Origin: Carpediemonas membranifera BICM
Taxonomy: Eukaryota; Protista; Fornicata
Length of the DNA stretch: 64,000 nt
Assembly (NCBI GenBank): GCA_019828565.1
Contig: JAHDYR010000053.1
Location: 966,272 to 1,030,271 of the forward strand
Direction: 5' to 3'
Positions 21,646 through 32,706 of the stretch are shown piece after piece; the stretch's first letter is position 1; each line of letters starts with the position of its first letter. The notes under the pieces were generated by a model. It ran no database searches and was not told the DNA's origin. It worked only from the letters and a program-made list of their open reading frames with translations. Both the position numbers and the translations under genes were made by a program.

Positions 21646-23466
21646 ATGATAGACGGCGCTGGCGACGCTATCCTCCAGCAAATCGCCGATAAGGCAAAAC
21701 AACGCTCATACTATACATGCCGCGAGACGCCCAGCCCAGCTATCCACGCGGTGATGCCAAACTATGCTGAGCTCGTCAGTTTCATCAAAGAAATGAAGAG
21801 TGTGACCTTGTACATGCCCCGTTCAAACGTGCTAGAGTCCCTCTTGCCCTCTTCTGCTGTGAATATGATCAAGGCCCTCCCCCGAACCGTTTGGGCGACG
21901 CGTCTCTGGGTGTCCGAGGATGTCTCACAAGCCGCCGTCACCATGCTCCACTCACACCACGACACTGACGACATCCTCGAGTGTGTCCGTAGCGCTATCG
22001 GGAACAACCCTCTCTCCCCTGCGGCAGGCATGCTCGAGGCAGTGAGATCACTTCGTTCGGTTGTGATCAAAGGAACGAAGAGAGCAATGATAGACAGGAA
22101 GAGCAAGCCCATGCTACTGTCCATAGCGTCTAGCTTTAAGATGGACACGGACGACCTCGAGCTCCGGCTGACCAAGACGATGAAAGGCCGTGTGAAGAAG
22201 GGAATGAGCGTCGACGACGCCGAGACCGCCAAGGAGAACCTTGTACGCACATTCGCGGTGAAGGCATTGGAGCTAGTGATGTCAACGAACGAGCACACGA
22301 CGTTCCCCACCAACCAGATCATAACAACCATGGATGACGACGACCTGTGGGCCGCTGAGGTCATCGAGGCGTGGGTCACAGGCAAGCACTGCCCCAGCGA
22401 GGACGGCGGGGTCGACCGCACTGCCCCCGAGATGGGCCTGCCCCCTCTGCTCCCAGTGACGGACGTGGTGGTCGCCGTCACCACCGGGATGGAGCCCCTG
22501 CAGGCGACGTCCATACCAAGGGTCGCAGTATTCACCCCAGAGCCCAGCGAGCATGGCGAGGAGGAGGAGGTCAAGGTCGAGGAGGCCGTGGTGCAGCCGA
22601 CTGAGGTCGAGGCGGTGGAGATCGAGGATCCTGTCAAGCCATCTCCACCAGAGCCGGAGCAAGAACCGGAGCCAGAGGCACCACAGCCTGCACCCGTTCC
22701 GGCCGACGAGCCCGAGCCCACACTGGCGGGCACCATGGATCCCGTGCCTGTGGCCGACCTTGAGGAGGCCACACCGCAGACACATGCCCCTCCCGTTCCT
22801 GAGCCCGAGGTCACCCCGGCCATCCCTGGGCCGCAGACACCTGCGACCCCCAGCACCTCGACGCCCCAGCAGCGCATGGCCGAGTTGAGATCATCGCTCG
22901 GCAAACCCCCAGCGTCGCCGATGTCCCGACTGCTCCGTGGCCGCAGGAGTCCGCGGGTTGAATCTGACTCCTTCGACCGCAACAAGGTGACGGAGCGAGC
23001 CCGGCGATTCCGGCAGCAGGTGGAGGTCCTTCTCAAGGAGCAACCGCCTGCCCCAGTGATCTCCCAGTCGCCCTCGTACGTCATACTGAACCAGTACCTC
23101 GACTCGATCAAGCGAGACGAGCCCGTCGGCAGCGTCTCGCCACCCGACTCACCCAACCCCTCCCTCAGCCGCCCGATCCAAACCCTGGCGGCACATGCCA
23201 CTGTTGGCCGACTCGCGCTGTATCGCCACTTCGACGAGAATGCTGTGCACGACACTGCCGAGCTGCTCGGCCTTGACACCTTGCCCGCTGACCTCCCGAA
23301 CGAGCTCTACCCCGCTGCCCCCGTGACTGTTCAAGGAGAGCCGTTCCATGAGGTCCAGGGCCGGGTCATGCGGCAGTTGGTGGATCCAACGGCCATATCA
23401 GATCTGGTGGATATCGGATCCAGATACTGCGATGACAGGATCTTGGGAAGATATGGCGCAGATTGA
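21646..23466 (+). CDS. Hypothetical protein with Pro/Glu-rich linker; 3' end interrupted by the 330-bp element (pre-insertion ORF would end at 23919)
   Basis: 606-aa ORF whose last ~18 codons and stop come from the inserted repeat. The reconstructed empty site continues in frame for 59 codons. Confidence 0.7.
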   Translation: MIDGAGDAILQQIADKAKQRSYYTCRETPSPAIHAVMPNYAELVSFIKEMKSVTLYMPRSNVLESLLPSSAVNMIKALPRTVWATRLWVSEDVSQAAVTMLHSHHDTDDILECVRSAIGNNPLSPAAGMLEAVRSLRSVVIKGTKRAMIDRKSKPMLLSIASSFKMDTDDLELRLTKTMKGRVKKGMSVDDAETAKENLVRTFAVKALELVMSTNEHTTFPTNQIITTMDDDDLWAAEVIEAWVTGKHCPSEDGGVDRTAPEMGLPPLLPVTDVVVAVTTGMEPLQATSIPRVAVFTPEPSEHGEEEEVKVEEAVVQPTEVEAVEIEDPVKPSPPEPEQEPEPEAPQPAPVPADEPEPTLAGTMDPVPVADLEEATPQTHAPPVPEPEVTPAIPGPQTPATPSTSTPQQRMAELRSSLGKPPASPMSRLLRGRRSPRVESDSFDRNKVTERARRFRQQVEVLLKEQPPAPVISQSPSYVILNQYLDSIKRDEPVGSVSPPDSPNPSLSRPIQTLAAHATVGRLALYRHFDENAVHDTAELLGLDTLPADLPNELYPAAPVTVQGEPFHEVQGRVMRQLVDPTAISDLVDIGSRYCDDRILGRYGAD

Positions 23467-23738
23467 GTGTAATATATGCGATTTAGGATAAATGTATCTC
23501 CCGTCTCTTTCTCGCGGATGAATCTTTCTTTGGTTCGGATCAGGTTGAGGTCGATTCTTCTGTTCGATACAGCCGGCATGGAAGAAAATGAAGTTGCAGA
23601 GGTTTCTAAATAGTACTTCAAGGTATCCCTATCCCATGAATAGCGACATAGCTGTGCAGTATGAATGACATTCAGAGGAATGAGGCTGTGTGAGATTGTT
23701 GTGCAATGATGTGTTGCGCTTGCCCAAGGCCACACGAC
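23409..23738. mobile_element. 330-bp non-autonomous element, copy 1, 3-bp TSD GGT
   Basis: GGATATCGG...CCACACGAC flanked by GGT at 23406-23408 and 23739-23741. 328/330 identical to 59477-59806. Confidence 0.9.
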
Positions 23739-24777
23739 GGTAGCGCTACTGGAGCATACCACTGGGCTCAGCATGGCAGGGTTCGTTCAGACTCTTTTCA
23801 AACTGTATAGACAGGGCTTTCAAGCCGGCGACCAACTAAGGCGCAGCCAAGATTTTCACCAGTCATCGCGCAGACAAGTTGTATTACTACTGAGCCAATG
23901 CATGAGTCCTGTGAAATGACACTCTTAGCTACTTATCACTTTGACTCGGCACAGTCATGCCCTTCACAACAACCATCAGAGAAAAACATGGGAAACGCCA
24001 ACGGAAATGGCAATTCGTTTCTGCCAACCATTGGTCCAGGCCACTTTAGCGAGAACACGCAGATGCAAACCGACGAGTAATATGCAGAAGTGGCAGCGGC
24101 GTTCATGATCACAGGTATCGCTGGGCCGTAAATGAAAAGCATGGTTTCATTCATTGATAGCGTATATGGAGATGAGGAGCACAAACTCGTTCGTTTCTCG
24201 TGAGTGCTTCGCAGAATTGTCATCGGTGGAGAACACAAACTACAAGCAGGGGCCCGTGGCGCCATCAGACGCTGCCATCAGACACGGGCGACTTGCCCCA
24301 TGGGCGCTACGTCAGTTTTGCTCTTCTGTTGAGGCTGGCAGATGTTGCAAGACATTACGAAATTCTCAGCCACACAATCTAGACAATCTAGAAGTGCCAT
24401 CAGTGGTCTATTGACTGAACGAGGGTGCTCTGATCACTAGTATTCAACTCAATCGACAAAAATAAACGTTCAAAACGGCTTCATCTGTCATTTAGCTATC
24501 GATTGCTCTAGAACCTGCCAATGCTAAGGGACTTAATGCTGTCAGTGCCCGGAGTGACGTCGGGGTACTCGTTATCACTCTCAGACTCGTTTCCATATCC
24601 GCCAATGCCGCCGTTTCCCATCTTCACTTTGTTTGTGGTGTCTTGCGCGGTCAACGATTGCTCTCCGATCCGACTGCAACCCGAGTCAAATGCCTCAGGA
24701 CCCTCGCGCCATCAGTGCCCTTCATCACAGCCAGCACAGTAAATCAAAGAATTATGTTGAGATGTGGGTTTATTCGC

Positions 24778-26130
24778 TTAGTACTCGAACTCCTCCTCCT
24801 GCTCCTCCTCGGCAGTGTCGGCGCCGATCTCCTCGTAATCCTTCTCGAGGGCAGCGATATCCTCACGGGCCTCAGAGAACTCACCCTCCTCCATACCCTC
24901 ACCGACGTACCAGTGGACGAAGGCACGCTTGGCGTACATGAGGTCGAACTTGTGGTCCATGCGGGACCAGACCTCAGCGATGGCGGTAGTGTTGGAGATC
25001 ATCAGGCAGGAGCGCTGGACCTTGGCGAGGTCGCCGCCGGGGACGACGGTGGGAGGCTGGTAGTTGATGCCAACCTTGAAGCCAGTGGGGCACCAGTCAA
25101 CGAACTGGATGGTGCGCTTGGTCTTGATGGTAGCGATGGAGGCGTTGACGTCCTTGGGGACGACATCACCGCGGTACATCATGCAGCAGGCCATGTACTT
25201 GCCATGGCGGGGATCGCACTTGACCATGGAGTTAGCGGGCTCGAAGACAGCGTTGGTGAGCTCGGCAACGGAGAGCTGCTCGTGGTAGGCCTTCTCAGCG
25301 GAGATGATGGGGCTGTAGGAGCAGAGGGGGAAGTGGATACGGGGGTAGGGGACAAGGTTGGTCTGGAACTCAGTGAGATCAACGTTGAGGGCACCGTCGA
25401 AACGGAGGGAGGCGGTGATCGAGGAGATGCACTGGGCGATCAGGCGGTTGAGGTTGGTGTAGGTGGGGCGATCGATGTCGAGGTTGCGGCGGCAGATGTC
25501 GTACATGGCCTCGTTGTCAACCATGAAGGCGCAGTCAGAGTGCTCGAGCATGGAGTGAGCGGCGAGGACGGTGTTGTAGGGCTCGACAACAGCGGTAGCG
25601 ACCTGGGGGGAGGGGTAGACAGCGAACTCGAGCTTGGACTTCTTGCCGTAGTCGACAGAGAGGCGCTCGAGGAGGAGTGAGCCGAAGCCAGAGCCAGTGC
25701 CACCACCGAAGGAGTGGAAGATCAGGAAGCCCTGGAGGCCAGTGCAGTTGTCAGCAAGCTTGCGGATGCGGTCGAGGACGAGGTCGACGAGCTCCTTGCC
25801 GATGGTGTAGTGGCCACGAGCGTAGTTGTTGGCAGCATCCTCCTTGCCGGAGATGAGCTGCTCGGGGTGGAACAGCTGGCGGTAGATACCAGAGCGGACC
25901 TCATCGACAACGGTGGGCTCGAGATCGACGAAGACGGCGCGAGGGACGTGCTTGCCGGCACCAGTCTCAGAGAAGAAGGTGTTGAAGGCGTCGTCGCCTC
26001 CACCGATGGTCTTGTCGGAGGGCATCTGACCGTCGGGCTGGATGCCGTGCTCGAGGCAGTAGAGCTCCCAGCAGGAGTTACCGATCTGAACACCGGCCTG
26101 ACCAATGTGAATTGAGATGCATTCACGCAT
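24778..26130 (-). CDS. TUBA: Alpha-tubulin
   Basis: [21 protein letters not shown]40 present, C-terminal EEFEY; intronless. Confidence 0.99.
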   Translation of the reverse strand: MRECISIHIGQAGVQIGNSCWELYCLEHGIQPDGQMPSDKTIGGGDDAFNTFFSETGAGKHVPRAVFVDLEPTVVDEVRSGIYRQLFHPEQLISGKEDAANNYARGHYTIGKELVDLVLDRIRKLADNCTGLQGFLIFHSFGGGTGSGFGSLLLERLSVDYGKKSKLEFAVYPSPQVATAVVEPYNTVLAAHSMLEHSDCAFMVDNEAMYDICRRNLDIDRPTYTNLNRLIAQCISSITASLRFDGALNVDLTEFQTNLVPYPRIHFPLCSYSPIISAEKAYHEQLSVAELTNAVFEPANSMVKCDPRHGKYMACCMMYRGDVVPKDVNASIATIKTKRTIQFVDWCPTGFKVGINYQPPTVVPGGDLAKVQRSCLMISNTTAIAEVWSRMDHKFDLMYAKRAFVHWYVGEGMEEGEFSEAREDIAALEKDYEEIGADTAEEEQEEEFEY

Positions 26131-27012
26131 GTTTGAGCTGTGTGAGAGCTTGGAAACATCTTATGGGCCCAAATACTCGGAAGGTGGATACCATGGCGCA
26201 AAAACACCATTGTTCGAGCTTTGGGGCACCAAGACGGAAGGGGAACGAACATTTGCTTCTTAGTTGAGGAAGTGCATGAGGTCGGTTCGATTTGAGATGA
26301 GGCGGTGAATATGGTTAAAACCCAATGCGACTGCTGGATGGGTGCAAAGACTCCGCCGACCGCCGGGATACGTGGGAGCATGCGCACACTCGTTGTTCTA
26401 TGTCAGTTTTGGCAGCATCTTGACTAAACTAGATCACGTATGGCCCACCGTAAAATTTTACCCAAGAGGCCTGACCCACCCCGGCCATTTATGGCATCGT
26501 ATAGCCCTCTCAGGTTACTATTAGCATGTATACTCGTGGGACCTTACACTCGAACCACACTACGATTGAATGGGACGATCTGATTCCCTCAGGTGCTTGG
26601 ATGAGCCGACTATCCCATCGAGATTTATCTGTCTGGGGCTCCCCGGGCGCTTGAGTCTCGCCGTTTAACACCAGTTCACGTACCACTCCCCAATGCCGCT
26701 CATAAAGACAGTCGCCACAAAACGACCTCATAAATTGTGATGGGACAATGAAGAGCTGGGTGCTGTCGGTCTGGATAAGGGCCCATGAAGCAAATCATGA
26801 TGAGTTTGACCTCAATTCACTTCTTCTCTCTCCCTGCTCCTGGGGACGGTGAAGAGCTTCGGCCCGATAGCAGTCTTGGGACAACTCAGTTGTGTCGGAA
26901 ACATGAGGAATAGCGATCATTGATGCCTTTGCGTACCCGATCCACAGGGCAAAGGCCCTCTCGGACAGCCTCCTTCATTCGTAACATTACCAACTTTAAA
27001 TGTTCAAAAACT

Positions 27013-29517
27013 TCACTGTTCTGCCCGAAGATCCTTAGCAGTCCGCCAGAGAGGCAGGCCGCCCGAGAACTGCAGCGGTCTGAACTTATACCCCTCGCCC
27101 TCGAAATACTTGCTCTGATGCTCAACCCAGTGCAGTCTAAGGGCGTGGAGGAAGGCGGAGAGGCTCTCCATGATGCAGAGAACGAGGAAGGACGCTGCCG
27201 CCCATGCTGCCCAGACGATAGGGAGTATGAACATCTTCACGGGGGTGGATGAGGGGGAAAGGGCCTTGCCGATGAGCTGGCTGAAGAACACCTCGGACAG
27301 CTCGCCATGGGCAAGGCTGAGGGCCCACAGTCTGAGGTAAGAGGCCGTGTGGGAGATACAGCCGAGGCAATACTCGATCGTGTGGATGACTTGGTCGACA
27401 ATGATCTCGCCGACACCCTCCTCGGCCTGCTCGGACTCCTCCTGCTGGGCCTGGGCGACCTCGTCAAGCAGGGCCTCGGTGTGGCCCTTCTTCTCCCTCT
27501 GCTTTTCCATAAGCAGCCTTGCGAGGAGGATGACGCCCTTGGGGAAGAGGAGCCAGGGCACAGAGATGAGGATGATCACAAAGAGCACGAGCTGGACGCC
27601 TGTCTGACCAGGATAGAGCCAGGCGTCATCCTCGACGGACCCGGGGGACATGAACAGGCCGATGAGCATCCTTGTGAGAGAGGGGCCGCGACCGTTCTCG
27701 AACCGTGATGTGCACCACTTGATGACGATGCAGACGGCGAGATATCCGAATGTAGAGGTAAGGAAGAGGATCTCGGGGATAGCCTTGCAGAAGATGTTGA
27801 GATAATCTCTGTTTCTGACAAAGTTGAACACGGAGAACGCGATACCAGCGTACATGTGGAGGATGCCGATAATAATGCTCACCTTCATCTTGAACGAGTT
27901 GACGTAGGCCAGACCGGCATCAGCGGTCCTCCAGTTATAGTCCATTCCAAACACAGGAGCCTTAAAGTGCAGGTTTCCAATGTCGATGTTTGTGGGGTTG
28001 ACCTCGTGGTTTGAGATCGTGTACGGCGAATCGGGGTATGGGATGGGGAGGCCGAAGTACTCGTTGTAGATGAGACCGACGATCATACTGAAGATTCCGA
28101 GGAGGAGGATGACATAGCGCCCCTTGAAGATCATGTCGAGGGCGTCGTGGACTCCGTTTTTGAGCATAGGTTTCTCCTTCCATATCATGAGCAAGGCCAT
28201 CAGGAGAACCACGGAGCCGTGCATGACGTCCCCGAACATGACAGCGAACAGGAAGGGGTATGTGAAGAGATAGAACATACCGGGGTTGACCTCGCCGTAC
28301 GTGCATTGGCCGTATGCGTCAGAGATGCCCTGGAACGCCTTGGTGAACTTGTTGGTACGGAAATACGTGGGCGGCGAGGCCTTAGTCTCGATCGACTCCA
28401 CAATGGTCGGCACATCAGCGCGAGTCGCCCGGTCACACTGGGCAACGGCCTCGTGCACCAGAGGAAGCGAGTCCACGGGGCACCAAGCCCGAGCGAGGAG
28501 GCACTTGTCGCTGTGTTCTGCCCCCAGCATGTTCAGAGTGTGGTAGACGGTGGCCTCGGTGTTGACCCTGAGCGACCAGTCATCGATGTAGGGGGCCGCC
28601 TCTTGCAGGATGTCGGCAAACTGCGACTGGGAGGACTGCAGTACGTTTGTGACTGTGCCGAGCCTCTCTTCGATGTCATAAACGGTCGCCTCGAGCTCGC
28701 TGGGGTCGGGTAGGACTACAGTGCGGGCGTCGAGGGAGTCACAGATCCTCTTGAGGTCATCCCTGGCCCTGCTGCTGCTGAACAGGATGATGAACACCGA
28801 CTTGGGGACAATCGTGCGGTCGGCGGTGGGGGCGGCGATCTCATCGTCCTCGAGTGGGAGGTGACGAATAAATGAGTTGCCCCGAGTCGCACGGAAGACA
28901 AGACGCATCAGGGCCTCTAGCTTAGGGGTGTCTATGGCACCCATGAGCGAGCACAGGGCAGCGTTGGTGGTGGGAGGGGCGTTGACGGCGTTGGGGGAGT
29001 TATACTCAAGGAAGGGGGCCGCGTCGTCCTCCCTGGCGTCGGGTTCGACTGACAGATGAGCCTGACGGCTGGTCTCGTCGAAGAAGGCGCTGCCTCTGGT
29101 CAGGATGACGCGGGCCTCGGCCAGGCGGACATACTCGTGCGTGAGGACGTCGCACTGGGTCTTCAGCTCGGTCAAACGGTGCTCATAGTCGCTGAAGATG
29201 ATGCCCAGCTCTGTTACAGTACTGTCCGCGGGTGTCTGCTGCTCGGGGATGTCCATGGAAGAAGTCTCGATCTCATTTCTGATGTAGCGAAGCTGGCGCT
29301 CCAGCTCAGCGCACTTAAGGGCCATCGTGGTAAACTCACGTTCGTGGATTGGGAGCTTGCGGTTCAGGTCAATGAACTGAAGGCATTTCATCTCGCCTAA
29401 GGCGAGAAGAGTATCATGGGAAATCTCTCGCTGTACCAGGATCTGAATGAGCTGCATCGGTTCCGAGCGCCACATGCGCAGCTTGCTCTCAGGTATGCGC
29501 GGTTTGCTATCACTCAT
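27013..29517 (-). CDS. ATP6V0A: V-type H+-ATPase V0 subunit a
   Basis: WRSEPM, FIDLN, FRATRGN, PPTYFRTNKFT, FLFAVMFGD, NSFKMK, ISHTASYLRLWALSLAH and LHALRLHWVE motifs. Likely start is MSDSKPR at 29517. Confidence 0.97.
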   Translation of the reverse strand: MSDSKPRIPESKLRMWRSEPMQLIQILVQREISHDTLLALGEMKCLQFIDLNRKLPIHEREFTTMALKCAELERQLRYIRNEIETSSMDIPEQQTPADSTVTELGIIFSDYEHRLTELKTQCDVLTHEYVRLAEARVILTRGSAFFDETSRQAHLSVEPDAREDDAAPFLEYNSPNAVNAPPTTNAALCSLMGAIDTPKLEALMRLVFRATRGNSFIRHLPLEDDEIAAPTADRTIVPKSVFIILFSSSRARDDLKRICDSLDARTVVLPDPSELEATVYDIEERLGTVTNVLQSSQSQFADILQEAAPYIDDWSLRVNTEATVYHTLNMLGAEHSDKCLLARAWCPVDSLPLVHEAVAQCDRATRADVPTIVESIETKASPPTYFRTNKFTKAFQGISDAYGQCTYGEVNPGMFYLFTYPFLFAVMFGDVMHGSVVLLMALLMIWKEKPMLKNGVHDALDMIFKGRYVILLLGIFSMIVGLIYNEYFGLPIPYPDSPYTISNHEVNPTNIDIGNLHFKAPVFGMDYNWRTADAGLAYVNSFKMKVSIIIGILHMYAGIAFSVFNFVRNRDYLNIFCKAIPEILFLTSTFGYLAVCIVIKWCTSRFENGRGPSLTRMLIGLFMSPGSVEDDAWLYPGQTGVQLVLFVIILISVPWLLFPKGVILLARLLMEKQREKKGHTEALLDEVAQAQQEESEQAEEGVGEIIVDQVIHTIEYCLGCISHTASYLRLWALSLAHGELSEVFFSQLIGKALSPSSTPVKMFILPIVWAAWAAASFLVLCIMESLSAFLHALRLHWVEHQSKYFEGEGYKFRPLQFSGGLPLWRTAKDLRAEQ

Positions 29518-29717
29518 CTGCTTCCGGTTGTGCCGTAGAGTGAGGATAAGCGATTGTGTGACTGTGCGCAGTTTAGTTCGCAGTGAGGTGCGCAGAGAGC
29601 TTTTTGTGTTTCTAGGGCTCCTGCGCATCGGGACCAACATGGCAGGGTCCTATCACGCCTGATTTGGCCTAGTTTTTTGTCTGCATGAAAAAATTCTCAG
29701 CGTCTGAAGGGCGCACT

Positions 29718-30471
29718 ATGGAGAAAGACACGACGGTCTTTGTCAGCGGCCATACGTGGCTCACAGATGACACAATAAGCCAACTTAAAGTGCGTTTGCC
29801 CAAGGTTTCCACTAACACAGCAACACTTTAGTCAATTTGGGCCCTTGAAAGAGATACGCTTGAAGAACGAAGAGACAGAAATTGCCTTTGCCTCAAGGGA
29901 AGACGCGTTGAAGTGCTTACAAGAGAAACGCCAGACGATCTGCCCAGAGCTTGAGAATGTGCTGGTCACTAGCACGAGCACAGTATCGTCGACGACAGTT
30001 GACACCGGCGACGCAGCCTTCGATAAGCTGAGGCCAAAGCTCAAGTCATTCGCCCGGAACGTAGTGGACCAGCTTCCTGATGCGAGGGATGACCGCGACC
30101 GAGCTGACCGGCAGATTATATACAACACGATCTCGACGTACAAGCCATGCTTCACTCTGGACTATGTTAAGAACGCAGCCTTCCCGTACTGTCAGGGGAA
30201 AGGGTCCCGGGGGCCTAAGGACAAGTACTCGTACCGCCGGGACGCACCATACGACACTGGACGGAGAGACAGAGACGATAGGCAGTTCCATAGGCGAGAC
30301 GACGATAGATCCTGGCGCCGGGACGAGGGCTTTAGAGACCGTGAACGGGACCGAGACATCCGCGAGAGAGATCGGGAATTCAGGAGGGATGATAATGACC
30401 GACGCAAGGAGAGGGAGGCGCGGGATAAGACTAGGGACTACGGAGGATGGCGCCAGCGTGACACATGGTGA
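29718..30471 (+). CDS. RRM protein with Arg/Asp-rich tail (putative splicing/RNA-processing factor); exons 29718-29789 and 29821-30471
   Basis: MEKDTTVFVSG...SQLK|QHFSQFGPLKEIRL...IAFASREDA after removing a 31-nt GTGCGT...ACTAACACAG intron. RD/RE-rich C-terminus. Confidence 0.8.
29790..29820 (+). other. Spliceosomal mini-intron, 31 nt
   Basis: GTGCGT...CACTAACACAG, with the branch site adjoining the 3' splice site. Restores the RRM. Confidence 0.85.
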
Positions 30472-30875
30472 GCGCCCGCACTGTTTTATACTAAAGAATC
30501 CGGTCAACGTGGCTGGGTAGATTTAACCTTTTTTGCCTGGGGAGGTTAGCTCATACAGTTTGGAAAGAAACGGCCGCCATTTTGTGAGAAACGGACGAAA
30601 TGTCGTAGAAACAACGTATTCTGAATCATTGTCATCTGAACATTGCAATTTTCGCGCTTTCGAGCAAGTTATTTGGCTTACCATCGCTGACAGAACAGAT
30701 TTGCGTGAGATCCTCAAAACACAAACAGCATATGAACCTGATCAGCTTTTGACACTCATTCGAGTGAGGTGCAGCGTCTTGCAATGGCGATAAACAGATC
30801 AAAAATTTTTGGACCGCTCAAACTTGAAAATCACATCTTCCACTGATCCATCCCCATCTTCGTGGAAGAACTCGA

Positions 30876-32648
30876 ATGAGTGAGAGACCAAGTTCGTCAG
30901 GCATCGAAGGTCATGGCATTTCCGCTCTTCTAGCCGCTGCAGATAGCAGTTTTGAACTTCCTTCTCTCTGCGCCAACATTGAGAAGACAACCCTTGTAGA
31001 GCCGAGAATCCAGTCTCAAAGCAACGAAAACGCATTCAACACCCATGACGTTGATGTTCTCGAATCCGTAGACGAGCCAAAGGATCACACCGACAATGTT
31101 GTCAACGACGACCGCAACCCTCTTTCAGACATAGCCACTCCCACAACGGCCAGTGGCGCCACCGCCCAGCCGTCCGGCGACACGGACCTCGCCATCTCGG
31201 TCATGCGCGGGATCCCCGCCTTGACGCTCGAAGACACCCACCGTGTCATCCGGCCGGCCGATAGCAGGTTCCACGGGGCCTGGCTTGGCCCAACTGGTGG
31301 TGGGTACTTCCCTATTCGCCAGGAGAGGACAGTTGCCGAGATCTACGCCCTTCTCGACACAAGGACCCGCCACTCCCACTTCTTTGGCGTTTTTGGCGGT
31401 GAGCAGCGCATACGAGCCTGCCATGGCTGGACCGACACCTATGTCCCCTCCTGGTTTGAACTGGCGACCACCTCTGAGTATGCCCAGTGCCACCATCTGA
31501 ACAGCGTGCTCATGAGGGCCACACCCTCTGCCATGCATCATGACGCCGCTATGGGCACCAGAAACTCCCAGGACATCGTGGTGCGGATGTTCGAAGGCAA
31601 GTTCGACTCGCCCATCATCGAGGACCGCCGTCTCCAGCCCAAGATCGCCCAGCGTGCCCGAGAGGTCGTTCTCAGTATCTACGCCGACTACGGTCACGCC
31701 CAAGAAGAGAATGACTCAGCCGACGTCATGCTGTTTGACATTGCCGCCGATGCCTGGGCCCGATGGTCGTCTGCCATCAGTCCGCTTTCCCCAGCCCTCG
31801 GCAGCAAGCACTTCTCCATCCAGCACATCCGCCGCATCCTCGCTGGCCCGGGCCGCAGTCGCCAGATCCGCACAGCGATGTGTCATAATGAGCTTGGCGA
31901 ACTCCTCATGCACATCCAGATGATGAGGGTCGACCCCCGCAACCCACTCGGCATCCCAGCCGGGGAGGGCAACATGCGCCGCCTCATGGCCACTATTAGC
32001 TTCTGGATCTTCATGCTGACAGACGATCTGTACTCGACACCCATCTTCCGTCGCAACCTCCCCTTCGATCCAAAGCAGACAAACACCGACAGCCCTAGAG
32101 TGCGCTATGAGAACGGCGTCCTCCGCCTCATCCGTTTCTCCAGCCACACCTTTGATACGGTCAACATCAAGCGCTACTGCCCCGAGCTCCTCGCAGTCTG
32201 GTATGCCTGCATGATCAAAACGGCCATCCAGCTCACCCACAGTATCACGCCCGACAGAGACGAGCGCATCGCTGCCCGACAGGTAACGTCCCTCGCCATG
32301 CTCAATCGGACTCTTCTAGGCAAGCTAATCAGCCTTCGCCGGGCCGAGGGTACCCGCTCTGACTGGCCCTACAACCTCGACCCCAGCGCCGGCAACGGCT
32401 GGTACGGCCCCTCTCTCAAGGCTGCCGGCAAGAGCCTGCAGAACCAGGTCCGGAAGTTTACTAAGGATCCGGCGCTCAACCCTGAGATCATCAAATCCCA
32501 CGTCATGCCCCTATTAGATAGCCGGACACTGCTGCCAGGCGCCGTCCGCGAGAGGGTCATGTCCAAAGTTATTGACGCCTATGGCCTGCACACTCACGGC
32601 GTGGAGCTGATCCGTGAGATCGTCGACGAGCTCGGCATCATGGCTTAA
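30876..32648 (+). CDS. Hypothetical protein (590 aa)
   Basis: Long ATG ORF with host-like GC3 bias. No recognised domain. Confidence 0.75.
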   Translation: MSERPSSSGIEGHGISALLAAADSSFELPSLCANIEKTTLVEPRIQSQSNENAFNTHDVDVLESVDEPKDHTDNVVNDDRNPLSDIATPTTASGATAQPSGDTDLAISVMRGIPALTLEDTHRVIRPADSRFHGAWLGPTGGGYFPIRQERTVAEIYALLDTRTRHSHFFGVFGGEQRIRACHGWTDTYVPSWFELATTSEYAQCHHLNSVLMRATPSAMHHDAAMGTRNSQDIVVRMFEGKFDSPIIEDRRLQPKIAQRAREVVLSIYADYGHAQEENDSADVMLFDIAADAWARWSSAISPLSPALGSKHFSIQHIRRILAGPGRSRQIRTAMCHNELGELLMHIQMMRVDPRNPLGIPAGEGNMRRLMATISFWIFMLTDDLYSTPIFRRNLPFDPKQTNTDSPRVRYENGVLRLIRFSSHTFDTVNIKRYCPELLAVWYACMIKTAIQLTHSITPDRDERIAARQVTSLAMLNRTLLGKLISLRRAEGTRSDWPYNLDPSAGNGWYGPSLKAAGKSLQNQVRKFTKDPALNPEIIKSHVMPLLDSRTLLPGAVRERVMSKVIDAYGLHTHGVELIREIVDELGIMA

Positions 32649-32706
32649 TCACCAAAATTTAAATAGTTGAACATATTTATACCATGATGTGTCTGGTCAG
32701 TTTATA

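Noticed and set aside
23331-23774. Minus-strand 147-aa ORF as an independent gene or intein
   Set aside because: Its flanks are antisense to a host gene and its core is the mobile element. It lacks intein N-terminal Cys/Ser and C-terminal His-Asn, and copy 2 has an in-frame stop just upstream.
26797-26900. ATGATGA box C-like motif in the tubulin/V-ATPase intergenic region
   Set aside because: No downstream CTGA box D or terminal stem at a suitable distance.
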